Assembly: GCA_963765495.1 (NCBI GenBank)
Contig: CAVXWP010000017.1
Coordinates: forward strand, 32,001-96,000
Source: Blastocatellia bacterium
GTDB lineage: Bacteria > Acidobacteriota > Blastocatellia > UBA7656
Direction of reading: 5' to 3'
DNA length: 64,000 nucleotides
Shown here: positions 20,273 to 29,159 of the stretch, piece after piece
Layout of the letters: every line of letters begins with the position of its first letter
How positions within the stretch are numbered: position 1 is the stretch's first letter
Position numbers and translations under genes: made by a program
Notes under the pieces: model-generated
The model's input: only the letters and a program-made list of their open reading frames with translations
The model's database searches: none
What the model was told of the DNA's origin: nothing

Positions 20273-20791
20273 CTATTTGATCTTCTTCAGCTCGGCCAGC
20301 AACACATCGTCGAGCGGTCTCACCTTGTAATCGTCGGCCACATAACTCCATCGAACAACGCCTTTTCTGTCGAGGATAAAGACCGAGGCTCGCGATATTT
20401 TGCCCCCGGAATCGAGTATGTCGTATCGGTCTATAGTCTTATGACCAATGTCTGAGAGAACCGGGAAAGGAAGCTTGAGTTTTTCTATAAGCTCGCGGCT
20501 CTTTTCGGGAGGGTCTACACTGATGGCGATTACTTCTGCGCCTGCGGATTTGTACTTATCGTAATTAGTGGCCAGACTGGCCAGTTGTGTACGGCAAAAC
20601 GGTCACCAGTAGCCCCGATAAAAGACGAGCACAAGTTTTGATTTGCCTGCGTAATCGGAGAGCGAAACCGTGTTTCCACCCGCCGATGGCAGACTGAATT
20701 GGGGCGCGCTATCGCCCACCTTCGGGACAGAACCTGCTGCTGCCAGCGAAAGAAATCCCATAACCAGAAACAATCCCTTCATTCGCGCCAT
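20273..20791 (-). CDS. Selenocysteine-containing peroxiredoxin-like (AhpC/TSA, redoxin) protein, 172 aa, in-frame TGA at 20603-20605
   Basis: Read-through gives VLVFYRGYW-U-PFCRTQLASL...AEVIAISVD...FPVLSD...RASVFILDRKGVVRW...TAG at 20273. RBS AAGGAGG; hairpin 19 nt after the TGA. Confidence 0.88.
20569..20583 (-). promoter_or_regulatory. Candidate bacterial SECIS hairpin
   Basis: mRNA UGGCC-AGUCU-GGCCA starts 19 nt after the UGA, with G at the second loop position. Confidence 0.6.
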
Positions 20792-20895
20792 TATCTCCTC
20801 CTTCGTTTTGATTAATCATCAGAGAAGAAAACTCTCCTCTAAAGGGTAAATCTAAAATAGGGGCGGGAATATTCCCAAAAGGGTGAGGATGGACA

Positions 20896-21004
20896 AGTGA
20901 TAAGTGATGCGTGAAGAGTGATGCGTAACACCAGTAAGTAATGATCTTACAAACAGCCATCCAGCCGATAATCACTCTTCACGTGTCACGCATCACTCTT
21001 CACT
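20896..21004. repeat. Heptamer-armed cassette, GTGATGC/GTGAAGA family
   Basis: AGTGATA AGTGATG CGTGAAG AGTGATG + core + TCACTCT TCACGTG TCACGCA TCACTCT; abuts the citrate synthase stop codon. Confidence 0.8.
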
Positions 21005-22141
21005 CTATTGCCTTTTATCAATCGAAACATATTCAAGGCCGCGTGGGCCTACATATTCGGCGCGCGGGCGAATGAGCCGATTATTTGCATACTGTTCGAG
21101 CACGTGAGCGGTCCACCCTGATATACGGCTACAGGCGAATATCGGCGTGAACAGATCGGTAGGGATGCCAAGCGCATAGTAAGTCGAGGCCGAATAGAAA
21201 TCCACATTCGGGTTGAGGCGTTTCTCGCGCATGATCACCTCTTCCATCTTCCGCGACATCTCGTACCATTTCTTCTCTCCGGTGCGCTCGCCGAGTTGGC
21301 GAGACATCTCGCGCAGATGCGTGGCGCGCGGGTCTTCCGTACGATAAACCCTGTGGCCGAATCCCATGATTTTCTCTTTCCTTGCGAGCGCGTCTTGCAC
21401 CCAGGTTTCGACCCCTTCGACGCTGCCTATTTCGAGCAGGTTTTTGATCACCCCTTCGTTTGCTCCGCCGTGAAGCGGTCCCTTCAGCGTGCCTATGGCC
21501 GAAACTATCGCCGAATACATATCCGAAAGAGTCGCGGCGGTGATGCGGGCGGCAAAGGTGCTCGCATTCAACTCGTGATCGGCGTGCAGGATAAAGGCCA
21601 GGTCCATTGTCCGCGTAGCGATTTCGTCGGGCTCCTCTCCCTTGAGGGTGTAGAGAAAATTGCCCGCGATAGAGAGGTCTTCTCGCGGTTGGACGGGTTC
21701 GAGTCCGTTACGAACCCGCTCGAAAGTGGTAACAATAGTCGGGAATTTGGCCGTGAGTCTTATGGCCCTGCGCACGTTTGCTTCGCGTGACATATCCGCG
21801 CCGTCCGCGTCATAAAACGACAGCGCCGATACTACTGTGCGCAGCATATCCATAGGGTTCACACCCTCGGGTATAGTCTTCATGAACGCTTGAATATCCT
21901 GCGGGAGCCCGGTTTCTCGCGCAAGTTGTTCTTTCAGGCTATCGAGTTCTTTTTGTGTTGGGAGTTTCTGATTCCAGAGCAAGTAGATGACTTCTTCAAA
22001 GGTGGAATGCTCGGCGAGGTCGTGAATATCGTATCCGCTATAAATCAGCCGGCCTTCCTGGCCGTTAACATCGCTGATGACCGACTGCGCGGCAACGACT
22101 CCTTCGAGGCCAGCCTTTGCAACATTGGCTTCACTCGACAT
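21005..22141 (-). CDS. gltA: Citrate synthase
   Basis: GLEGVVA, HADHELNASTF, GPLHGGANE, GFGHRVY, PNVDFY, RLIRPR. Confidence 0.95.
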   Translation of the reverse strand: MSSEANVAKAGLEGVVAAQSVISDVNGQEGRLIYSGYDIHDLAEHSTFEEVIYLLWNQKLPTQKELDSLKEQLARETGLPQDIQAFMKTIPEGVNPMDMLRTVVSALSFYDADGADMSREANVRRAIRLTAKFPTIVTTFERVRNGLEPVQPREDLSIAGNFLYTLKGEEPDEIATRTMDLAFILHADHELNASTFAARITAATLSDMYSAIVSAIGTLKGPLHGGANEGVIKNLLEIGSVEGVETWVQDALARKEKIMGFGHRVYRTEDPRATHLREMSRQLGERTGEKKWYEMSRKMEEVIMREKRLNPNVDFYSASTYYALGIPTDLFTPIFACSRISGWTAHVLEQYANNRLIRPRAEYVGPRGLEYVSIDKRQ

Positions 22142-22272
22142 CTCTTATTTTTCCTTTCAGTTTATTTCATCGATAGAGACCCTTTGGGGCTAATGCCCGA
22201 TATTCAAGAATAGGCGACTGACGAATGGCTGTCAACGATTCGGACCGAAGCGATGCGGGATTCCTGCCCGAA

Positions 22273-22316
22273 AATCACGCATCACGCATCACTATTCACT
22301 ATTCACGCATCACGAA
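22273..22316. repeat. Single heptamer arm (TCACGCA/TCACTAT)
   Basis: AATCACGCATCACGCATCACTATTCACTATTCACGCATCACG; contains the DUF62 stop codon. Confidence 0.75.
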
Positions 22317-23107
22317 CCAACCACCTCGACTTCCATGCCTCTGCGGGCCTGGATTATCCGGGCGGCCTGCTGGCGAGCCACCCCCAGTTCCAAAAATCCC
22401 GCGCTGCCGAAATAGGCGAACAACTCATTTTTGTTCGCCTCGGCAAAGTATTCGAGCACCCGTGTGGCTTCGTGACTGCCTATGCGCACGCGGACGCCCG
22501 CGCGCACTTGCTCTTCGGTCAGTTCCGCCTGAGTGATGTTGGTAATCAGGTTTCCGAAGCGATCAATGTGAATGACTGCGCCGCGAATCTGTCTTTCCGA
22601 AACCACGGGCGCGGGAATGTTGAACCTGACGGGGTCGGTTATCTCTTCGCCCATCTGCCGCCAGTCTACCAGCTTCGACACATATCCGGCGCAGGGAGCG
22701 AATATATCACGCCCGTGAAATGTCTTTGAAACCGGCGAGCGAAAGTAATGCTCGGTCTTGAGATGAACTATGCGATTTACGTGCTCGCGCTCATAGATAT
22801 AGCTGAAGACGCCGTTGTCCGGGCCTATGAAATTGTAATTGTCGGTCATAACGAGGATGGGGCGGCGCGAGGAACCTACGCCCGGATCGACTATGACCAG
22901 ATGAAGCGACATTCTGGGGAAATCCTTGTAACAGCACATCAAGGTAAAGGCCGCCGCATAGATGTCGTGCGGCGGGATCAGATGAGTCACATCGACGATC
23001 TCGACGGCCGGGTTGACTGAATACAACGCGCCTTTTATCGCAGGCACGAAGTAATCGGATTCGCCAAAGTCTGTCGTGAGCGTTATTATCGGTCTTTTTT
23101 CAGCCAT
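22310..23107 (-). CDS. SAM hydroxide adenosyltransferase (DUF62; fluorinase/chlorinase superfamily)
   Basis: ITLTTDFG, VDPGVGSSRR, GPDNG, TFHGRDIFAP, IDRFGNLITN. Start ATG 23107 overlaps the NUDIX stop. Confidence 0.92.
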   Translation of the reverse strand: MAEKRPIITLTTDFGESDYFVPAIKGALYSVNPAVEIVDVTHLIPPHDIYAAAFTLMCCYKDFPRMSLHLVIVDPGVGSSRRPILVMTDNYNFIGPDNGVFSYIYEREHVNRIVHLKTEHYFRSPVSKTFHGRDIFAPCAGYVSKLVDWRQMGEEITDPVRFNIPAPVVSERQIRGAVIHIDRFGNLITNITQAELTEEQVRAGVRVRIGSHEATRVLEYFAEANKNELFAYFGSAGFLELGVARQQAARIIQARRGMEVEVVGS

Positions 23108-23543
23108 TTTCATCTCCGGTATCAAACAGGGAAGCGAGAATTTTCTTGTCTCGGTCGTAACTTAGTACCTCTTGCGCCTCTGTCACATCGAACCATTCCG
23201 CCCGGTCCACTTCATCGCCTTGAATCTTGAATCTTTTGCGCTTTGACTCCATCAAAAAATAGTAGACCACCTTCGGGCGGCGAGCGCCTTTGCGAGTGCG
23301 GTAAATATAGCTGGTAGATAAAAGCGCGCGCCTGATGCGGCACTCGATGCCTGTCTCTTCCTTCACTTCGCGCACTGCTGCCTGTTCCAGTGATTCACCT
23401 TCATCGACTCCGCCCTTTGGAAACGACCAGTCATCATAGCGCGGGCGATGCACAAGAAGCACGCGCGGTGCGCCCTCCTTTGGAGTGTCTATCACTATGC
23501 CGCCCGCGGCCATTTTAACTTTCTTGCTGACAACCTTTCCCAT
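23100..23543 (-). CDS. NUDIX hydrolase
   Basis: HRPRYDDWSFPKG; Nudix box GGVDEGESLEQAAVREVKEETG. Confidence 0.93.
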   Translation of the reverse strand: MGKVVSKKVKMAAGGIVIDTPKEGAPRVLLVHRPRYDDWSFPKGGVDEGESLEQAAVREVKEETGIECRIRRALLSTSYIYRTRKGARRPKVVYYFLMESKRKRFKIQGDEVDRAEWFDVTEAQEVLSYDRDKKILASLFDTGDENG

Positions 23544-23592
23544 ACAAGCGAACTTATCACATCGTCTGGATCATTGAAACTGAGAATCAAAA

Positions 23593-23621
23593 TTGACACC
23601 CGTCGAGCCCACGGCTAGGCT
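23593..23621 (+). promoter_or_regulatory. Sigma70-type promoter
   Basis: TTGACA-17 nt-TAGGCT, 9 nt before ATG 23631. Confidence 0.55.
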
Positions 23622-23630
23622 CATGAAAGT

Positions 23631-24044
23631 ATGACTGAGCCCAAACCGGAAAACGAAACAACTGCGCCGTGTTCAGACCCGGCGATCAGAGTAGTCCTCA
23701 TGCCCAAGGATACCAACGCGCACGGGACCATATTTGGCGGCGTCATCCTGAGCTATATCGACCTTGCGGCTGCGGTCGAAGTCCGCAAACACACGCTGAA
23801 GAAATTCGTCACCGTCGCCATGCACGAAGTGGTCTTCGTAGCGCCGGTCTTCGTGGGCGATATAGTCAGCTTTTACACCGAGCTTATCAGAATCGGGCAC
23901 ACATCGATCACCGTAAAGGTCACGGTCGAGGCCGATCGCGTGAGCAGCCCCGGCGCGAAAGTGCGCGTCACCGAAGCCGAAGTGGTTTATGTCGCCGTGG
24001 ACGAAAACCGCCGCCCGACTCCCGTTCGAGACTCAGACCTCTGA
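23631..24044 (+). CDS. Acyl-CoA thioesterase (hotdog fold, YciA-like)
   Basis: [34 protein letters not shown]. Confidence 0.93.
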   Translation: MTEPKPENETTAPCSDPAIRVVLMPKDTNAHGTIFGGVILSYIDLAAAVEVRKHTLKKFVTVAMHEVVFVAPVFVGDIVSFYTELIRIGHTSITVKVTVEADRVSSPGAKVRVTEAEVVYVAVDENRRPTPVRDSDL

Positions 24045-24087
24045 GCCCTGTGATTTGAAATCTGAGATTCGGATTCGAGACCTTCAG

Positions 24088-24990
24088 ATGAGAGCATTCT
24101 ACTCAGACCGTTATGTGATCAAACTGCCGGAGCGCCACAGGTTTCCGATCGTCAAATACTCGATGATACGAGAGCGGCTGGTAAAGGAAAACGCGCTCCG
24201 GGCTTCGCTTATCTTCGAGCCCGAGCTTGCCTCGCGTGACGAGATTTTGCTCGTACACACGGAAGATTATTACTACCGCCTCGCAGGGGGACTGCTGAGC
24301 GAGCGAGAGATTCGCCGCCTGGGCCTTCCGTGGTCTGATGATCTTGTCAGGCGGTCCCGGTTTTCCGTAGCGGGTACGCTCGCGGCTGCGCGTGCCGCGC
24401 TCTCAAACGGCATAGCGGTAAACCTCGGAGGCGGAACCCACCACGCCTTCAGCGATCACGGCGAAGGGTTCTGCGTGCTGAACGACATAGCCGTTTCCAT
24501 CCGCGTGCTTCGCGCCGAAGGCATGATTTGCCGGGCGGCGGTCGTCGATTGCGATGTTCATCAGGGCAACGGAACAGCCGCAATATTCGCCGACGACCCG
24601 GAGGTCTTTACACTCTCACTGCACGGAGAAAAGAATTATCCGCTCGTCAAACAACAGAGCACGCTCGATGTAGCACTCGCCGACCAGACGGCAGACGAAG
24701 AATATTTAAACATCTTAGAGACTCACCTCTTCCCTGTACTCGACAGGTTTCGACCCGATATTGTTTTCTATCAGGCCGGCGTAGACCCTTACGAAGGCGA
24801 CCGACTCGGTCGTCTCTCGCTCACGATTGAAGGTCTGAGGCGGCGCGATTTGCTTGTATTCAGAGCGTGCAGCGAGAGGTCGCTCGCCTGCGTGATAACG
24901 CTCGGAGGCGGTTACGGCCACGATGTCGCGGATACGGTCGAAGCCCATTGCAACACTGTGCGCGCCGCCCGCGTAGTATTTGGAGAGTGA
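24088..24990 (+). CDS. Histone deacetylase family protein
   Basis: HRFP, GGTHHA, GFCVLND, DCDVHQGNGT, QAGVD, GGGY. ATG 24088 follows a degenerate TTTGAAA/TCTGAGA array at 24051-24087. Confidence 0.93.
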   Translation: MRAFYSDRYVIKLPERHRFPIVKYSMIRERLVKENALRASLIFEPELASRDEILLVHTEDYYYRLAGGLLSEREIRRLGLPWSDDLVRRSRFSVAGTLAAARAALSNGIAVNLGGGTHHAFSDHGEGFCVLNDIAVSIRVLRAEGMICRAAVVDCDVHQGNGTAAIFADDPEVFTLSLHGEKNYPLVKQQSTLDVALADQTADEEYLNILETHLFPVLDRFRPDIVFYQAGVDPYEGDRLGRLSLTIEGLRRRDLLVFRACSERSLACVITLGGGYGHDVADTVEAHCNTVRAARVVFGE

Positions 24991-25101
24991 GACGTGACGC
25001 GTGATGCGTGATTCGTGATTCGTGACTGTCAGACAGAGGGTTGATTTTAGGCTGATTGCATTTTCATAATCATTACTTCACGAATCACGCATCACGAATC
25101 A
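24986..25101. repeat. Heptamer-armed cassette, GTGATGC family (core gamma)
   Basis: Core begins TGTCAGACAGAGGGTTGATTTTAGG, similar to the 10771 core; supplies the HDAC stop codon. Confidence 0.85.
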
Positions 25102-25130
25102 TTTAAGATAGAAATCAGGAGTAATGACCA

Positions 25131-26108
25131 ATGGTAGGAAAATTAGAGGAATTGAGACGACGGGCGGAAGAAGCGGCGCGCGAGCTAAACGAAAAGTACG
25201 AGATCAAATCGAAAATTGACAGGGGCTCGCGCGCGGCAACCGACGCGCTCAGAAAAGGCGCGGAGGTAGCCACTTCCGGCCTTGACTCGGCTCGCGAAGA
25301 GATTTCCCGCATAGACCGCGAACACAATATCAGCGCGACCGTGACCGAGACAGCCAGGCGGGCGGCCGACAAGGCCGAAGATGTCGCCGAGCGAACCGGC
25401 GCTAAAAAAAAAGCCGGTGAGGTAGTTGAAGACGCAAAGGCTACGGCATCGGATCTGTTTGGCGATGCCCGGCGCTACTACAAAAACGCATCGGGCGCGG
25501 CCCGCTCAAGCGCCTCCGCCGCGCGACTGCCGTCGTCAGTGACGGGCGCTGTTCGCGCTGCCCGCGTGTGGGTTAAAGAAAATCCCGGCAAGGCAGCTAT
25601 AGTTTCGCTATCGCTAGTGGCAGGCACTCGCGCAGGCTCGGCCTTTTCGGCGCTTGACGTGACGCTGCTCGGAGCGGGAGGGGCGGGCAACTGGTTGTTT
25701 CATTCCGCCCTGATTCCTTACGGCCTCAGAAAGCTTTCACAGAAATACGAAACTTATCTCAAAAACCAGGAAGAATTGATAAAGGAAGGCAAGCTGTCGG
25801 AAGCCGACCGCTCACGCGTTAAATTCGAGCGTGATGTTGCGAAATATGTAGGCGCTCCGCTGCTTGGCGCGTTCAGCGTAGCGGCAGGGGCGGGGCTGGT
25901 ATACGAAGCCTTCACCGGCGCGGCAGTCACGGGTGTTCCGATCAGCCTTGTTCTGGGCGGCAATCCACTGCTTTCGAGCATCTGGCTATTCGGCAACGGC
26001 CTGATCTGTTTTCACAACGGCTACAAATTTTTCATGATGGCCGTGGGCGATAAGGAAGAAGTCAGTCGAGTTGTACGCGACATAAAAGGACTGCTTCCTG
26101 AGGGATGA
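25131..26108 (+). CDS. Hypothetical protein: charged helical N-terminal half and hydrophobic C-terminal segments
   Basis: 325-aa ORF with RBS AGGAG; Ala/Glu/Arg-rich helices followed by Gly-rich hydrophobic stretches. Confidence 0.7.
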   Translation: MVGKLEELRRRAEEAARELNEKYEIKSKIDRGSRAATDALRKGAEVATSGLDSAREEISRIDREHNISATVTETARRAADKAEDVAERTGAKKKAGEVVEDAKATASDLFGDARRYYKNASGAARSSASAARLPSSVTGAVRAARVWVKENPGKAAIVSLSLVAGTRAGSAFSALDVTLLGAGGAGNWLFHSALIPYGLRKLSQKYETYLKNQEELIKEGKLSEADRSRVKFERDVAKYVGAPLLGAFSVAAGAGLVYEAFTGAAVTGVPISLVLGGNPLLSSIWLFGNGLICFHNGYKFFMMAVGDKEEVSRVVRDIKGLLPEG

Positions 26109-26259
26109 ACGAAGGGATGAGGGATGAGGGATGAGGGATGAAAAAGAGTTTAAGGAAAATTCAGATTAATTGGTTTAGCTATTAACCGAATTGTTCCCTC
26201 ACAGTCCTTTTCATCCCTCATCCCTCATCCCTCATCCTTCCAGAAATCCCTCATCCCTT
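26101..26259. repeat. Heptamer-armed cassette, GGGATGA family
   Basis: (GGGATGA)x4 + about 70-nt core + (TCATCCC)x3; followed by a TTTGAAA/TCTCAAA palindrome at 26287-26316. Confidence 0.85.
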
Positions 26260-26319
26260 AAAGCGGGGGCTTTCACACGCACTCATGTGAGATTTGAAAT
26301 CTCACATCTCAAATTTTCT

Positions 26320-27324
26320 ATGGGAGAAATCAAAGTAGCGATTCTCGGGCTTGGCAATGTCGGTCGCGCATTCGTCCGCTACGTTGAGAAAACAGGCAAC
26401 GGTCAGAAGACTGAAATCCGCATATGCGCGATGATGGATTCGAGCGGCGGATTTTTTATTAATAAACCTGAGCAGATCAATTCCCTTCTCGCCTACAAAG
26501 ATAAAGGCCGTTCGATCAGAGATTTCGCGCCCGGTGATTTTATAAGCGAACCCCACAGGTTTATCGAATCACTTCAACAGGCAGGCGTATCTGTGCTGGT
26601 TGAGTCGTTGCCTACAAATCTGAAAGACGGCCAGCCCGCGCTCGATCTTGTTAAGCAGGCGCTCGGCCAGGGAACCAGTGTTGTGACTGTAGACAAAGGG
26701 CCGCTTGCGCACGGGTTCGATGAACTGATAAAGACAGCGCAGGCAACGCGGGCGCGGCTGGGTTTCAGCGGCACTACGGGTGTAAAGATACCGGCAGAGA
26801 CTGCTCAGACCCGGGTGCTTGAGATTCGCGGCATCCTTAACGGGACTACAAATCACATCCTGACCGAAATGCAGGAGGGATCGCTGTCATACGACGAGGC
26901 GCTTTCCGACGCGCAGGCAAAAGGTATTGCCGAGCCCGATGCTTCGCTCGATACGGAAGGATGGGATACGGCCGTGAAGATACTGATCCTCGCAAAGGCA
27001 TTGATGGGAGCCGACGCGACCGTCAATGACGTCTCTCGCATAGGCATCGGTCCTGAAACCGAAACGCTGATTCAAGTCGGACGCCGAAGCAATCGAATAG
27101 TGCGATTGGCCGGGCGCGCCCGAATATGGCAGGGCCGCGTGCGAGTCAGCGTAGCGCCGAAATTATTGAACCCCGACTCACCCTTTTATGCCGTCCGAGG
27201 CACGTCGAAGGCGGCTCTCTTCAGGACCGAAAATCGGGGCGAGCTATTATCATTTGCCCGCTCAGGCCGCGACGCGATCTCTCAAATCATCCTTGATGAT
27301 ATTCGAGCGCTACGTGAAGAGTGA
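26320..27324 (+). CDS. hom: Homoserine dehydrogenase (no ACT domain)
   Basis: ILGLGNVG, GILNGTTN, GIAEPD...EGWDTAVK. True start ATG 26320; the ORF-track extension upstream is repeat DNA. Confidence 0.8.
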   Translation: MGEIKVAILGLGNVGRAFVRYVEKTGNGQKTEIRICAMMDSSGGFFINKPEQINSLLAYKDKGRSIRDFAPGDFISEPHRFIESLQQAGVSVLVESLPTNLKDGQPALDLVKQALGQGTSVVTVDKGPLAHGFDELIKTAQATRARLGFSGTTGVKIPAETAQTRVLEIRGILNGTTNHILTEMQEGSLSYDEALSDAQAKGIAEPDASLDTEGWDTAVKILILAKALMGADATVNDVSRIGIGPETETLIQVGRRSNRIVRLAGRARIWQGRVRVSVAPKLLNPDSPFYAVRGTSKAALFRTENRGELLSFARSGRDAISQIILDDIRALREE

Positions 27325-27341
27325 TGCGTGAAAAAGCCACA

Positions 27342-27407
27342 GACAGGATTTCGCAGGATAAAAGAGAATCTTGTTGAACCTTCTAAATCTTGTTAATCCT
27401 GTTAAAA
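27342..27407. repeat. 9-nt-period palindromic element (ACAGGATT family)
   Basis: ACAGGATTTCGCAGGAT...AATCTTGTT...AATCTTGTTAATCCTGTT; encodes the C-terminal NRINKI of the HTH gene. Confidence 0.6.
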
Positions 27408-27730
27408 AAATCGTCGAATGATAGCTGCGGGCTTGGCGGCTGATTATCGTCGGCTCCGGGGTCTTCTCCATCGGAACTGGCGCGGGATGCGTTTGTAGGA
27501 CGCAGGGATTTCTGCACGTCCCGAAGGTTGAATCTTATGAGCCGGTCTGTGAGCAGAATCGCAGGTATGCGGCCCGAGCGGCGAAGCCGATGTACGGTAG
27601 ATTCGCTGATCTGTAAAACCTCGGCGAGTTGCCGCGCGGTCAAATACTCGCCTCTTTTGTCTTTAGAGGTTTCGGCAATATTTTGCTGGGCAGACTTTTG
27701 CTCGATTCTCTTTTCCTGTTCTGCGGCCAT
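27383..27730 (-). CDS. Excisionase/MerR-like helix-turn-helix protein (HTH_17)
   Basis: YLTARQLAEVLQISESTVHRLRRSGRIPA...IRF. Confidence 0.8.
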   Translation of the reverse strand: MAAEQEKRIEQKSAQQNIAETSKDKRGEYLTARQLAEVLQISESTVHRLRRSGRIPAILLTDRLIRFNLRDVQKSLRPTNASRASSDGEDPGADDNQPPSPQLSFDDFFNRINKI

Positions 27731-28375
27731 CTATTTTTTTGAGATCTCAAGCGAGAAGGCTACCGGGACCGATTCGTTTTCGCCTACATCGACGATCTTG
27801 CTTTGAGATGTAAACCCGTCTCGCGAAGCGGTCAACTCGTATCGCGCCTGCTCGCTCGGCAGGCGGAAAGCGAACTCGCCCTGCCGATTCGTCACATAAT
27901 CCATGCTCAACTTCTTAAAACGCTTTCCGCTCTTCTGTTCTTCTTCGCTCGGAACGCGCTTGAGCTTTACCTTTACGCCGGGAAGCGAAAATCCTTCCGA
28001 AGTAAAGACCGAACCTCGCACGAGCGAAGTTGGTTTCTTAGCCTTTTCTAACTGTATGGTTCTGACCTCGGTCTGTTTGCCTTCCTCGACCTGTTGCATG
28101 ACGGTGAGCGTCACGCCTTGAAAACCTGCTGCTTCGAAACTGAGTACGTAATCGTCCGGCGCAAGCTCGAATGAATAAGCGCCCGTTTCATTTGTCTGAG
28201 TCTCTTCTGTAGAGCGAGTGCGGCTGCTCATCGCGTGGATGACGACTCCGGCAACGGGTCTGCCCTTTTCATCTTCGAGTTTCCCCTTTAGCGTGCCTTT
28301 GGCCTGTACCACGGCCCAGATATGCCCCGTCGAACACAAAACAACAAACGTGCTTATAATAACCCTCTTGATCAT
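27731..28375 (-). CDS. Secreted protein with two carboxypeptidase-regulatory-like domains
   Basis: Signal peptide; GKLEDEKGRPVAGV..TNETGAYSF; GSVFTSEGFSLPGV..TNRQGEFAF. Confidence 0.85.
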   Translation of the reverse strand: MIKRVIISTFVVLCSTGHIWAVVQAKGTLKGKLEDEKGRPVAGVVIHAMSSRTRSTEETQTNETGAYSFELAPDDYVLSFEAAGFQGVTLTVMQQVEEGKQTEVRTIQLEKAKKPTSLVRGSVFTSEGFSLPGVKVKLKRVPSEEEQKSGKRFKKLSMDYVTNRQGEFAFRLPSEQARYELTASRDGFTSQSKIVDVGENESVPVAFSLEISKK

Positions 28376-28520
28376 AAATACCTCTAGAACAATTTGCGGT
28401 CAGTCCGTAACTTCGATTTTCCAATTTTCAGCCGAGGGCCGGGAATTGTCAATCTATCGAAGGCAAAATCGCCTCTGGCCAGACCAGTCACGATTCTCTA
28501 TTATCAAACAGAGAGGCATC

Positions 28521-29072
28521 ATGAGAGTGATCGGCGGAGCATATCGCGGCAGGAGTCTGAAAACACCCAGAGGACTTGAAGTGCGCCCTACATCCGACCG
28601 CCTGAGAGAAACTCTTTTCAATATTATGGCCCGGCAGGTTTCAGGCAGCCGGGTTCTGGACATCTGCGCCGGTTCAGGCGCTGTAGGCATCGAGGCGCTC
28701 AGCCGGGGAGCGGTCCTCGCCGCCTTTATCGATAAATCTCGTCGCTCTTGCGCCGCCATTGAAGATAATCTGGATTCGCTCGGCATCACGGACGAAGCGC
28801 GCATAATCAACCGCGAAGCGATTTCGGCAATAAGGCACCTCGCCGCCGCCGATGAGCAATTCGATATAATTTTCTTCGACCCGCCCTATGCATCAGACCT
28901 TTACCATAAAGTCATGGAATTTATCGGAGCAAACGCCTTGCTTGCCGAAGGAGGCACTCTTGTGGTCGAGCATCGCACAAAGATGCCGCCCGATATCCAA
29001 TACGGCGACCTGCGCGCTTACCGCGAAGTAAAACAGGGCGAGTCTTCGCTGGCTTTTTTTGAGCGGATTTGA
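28521..29072 (+). CDS. rsmD: 16S rRNA m2G966 methyltransferase RsmD
   Basis: MRVIGG, RPTSDRLRETLFN, AGSGAVGIEALSRGA, FDPPY; directly upstream of coaD. Confidence 0.93.
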   Translation: MRVIGGAYRGRSLKTPRGLEVRPTSDRLRETLFNIMARQVSGSRVLDICAGSGAVGIEALSRGAVLAAFIDKSRRSCAAIEDNLDSLGITDEARIINREAISAIRHLAAADEQFDIIFFDPPYASDLYHKVMEFIGANALLAEGGTLVVEHRTKMPPDIQYGDLRAYREVKQGESSLAFFERI

Positions 29073-29159
29073 TCGTTCTATAACTAGAATTGATCGGGCC
29101 GGTACTGGTCACTGACCGCTTTTATATGCTAGTATCGCTCGACTCAAACTATAACCTGC

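Noticed and set aside
20603-20791. 62-aa peptide or nonsense pseudogene
   Set aside because: The TGA sits at the catalytic Cys position with an intact downstream frame and a hairpin, so Sec read-through explains it better.
22310-23107. Fluorinase or chlorinase
   Set aside because: It retains the DPGVG..R and TFHGRD (Asp-Arg-His) signature of DUF62 SAM hydrolases, and there is no halometabolite cluster.
26191-26319. ORF-track N-terminal extensions of hom (also HDAC 23989, rsmD 28218, response regulator 47759)
   Set aside because: The extensions run through repeat DNA or neighbouring genes, and downstream ATGs match the family N-termini.
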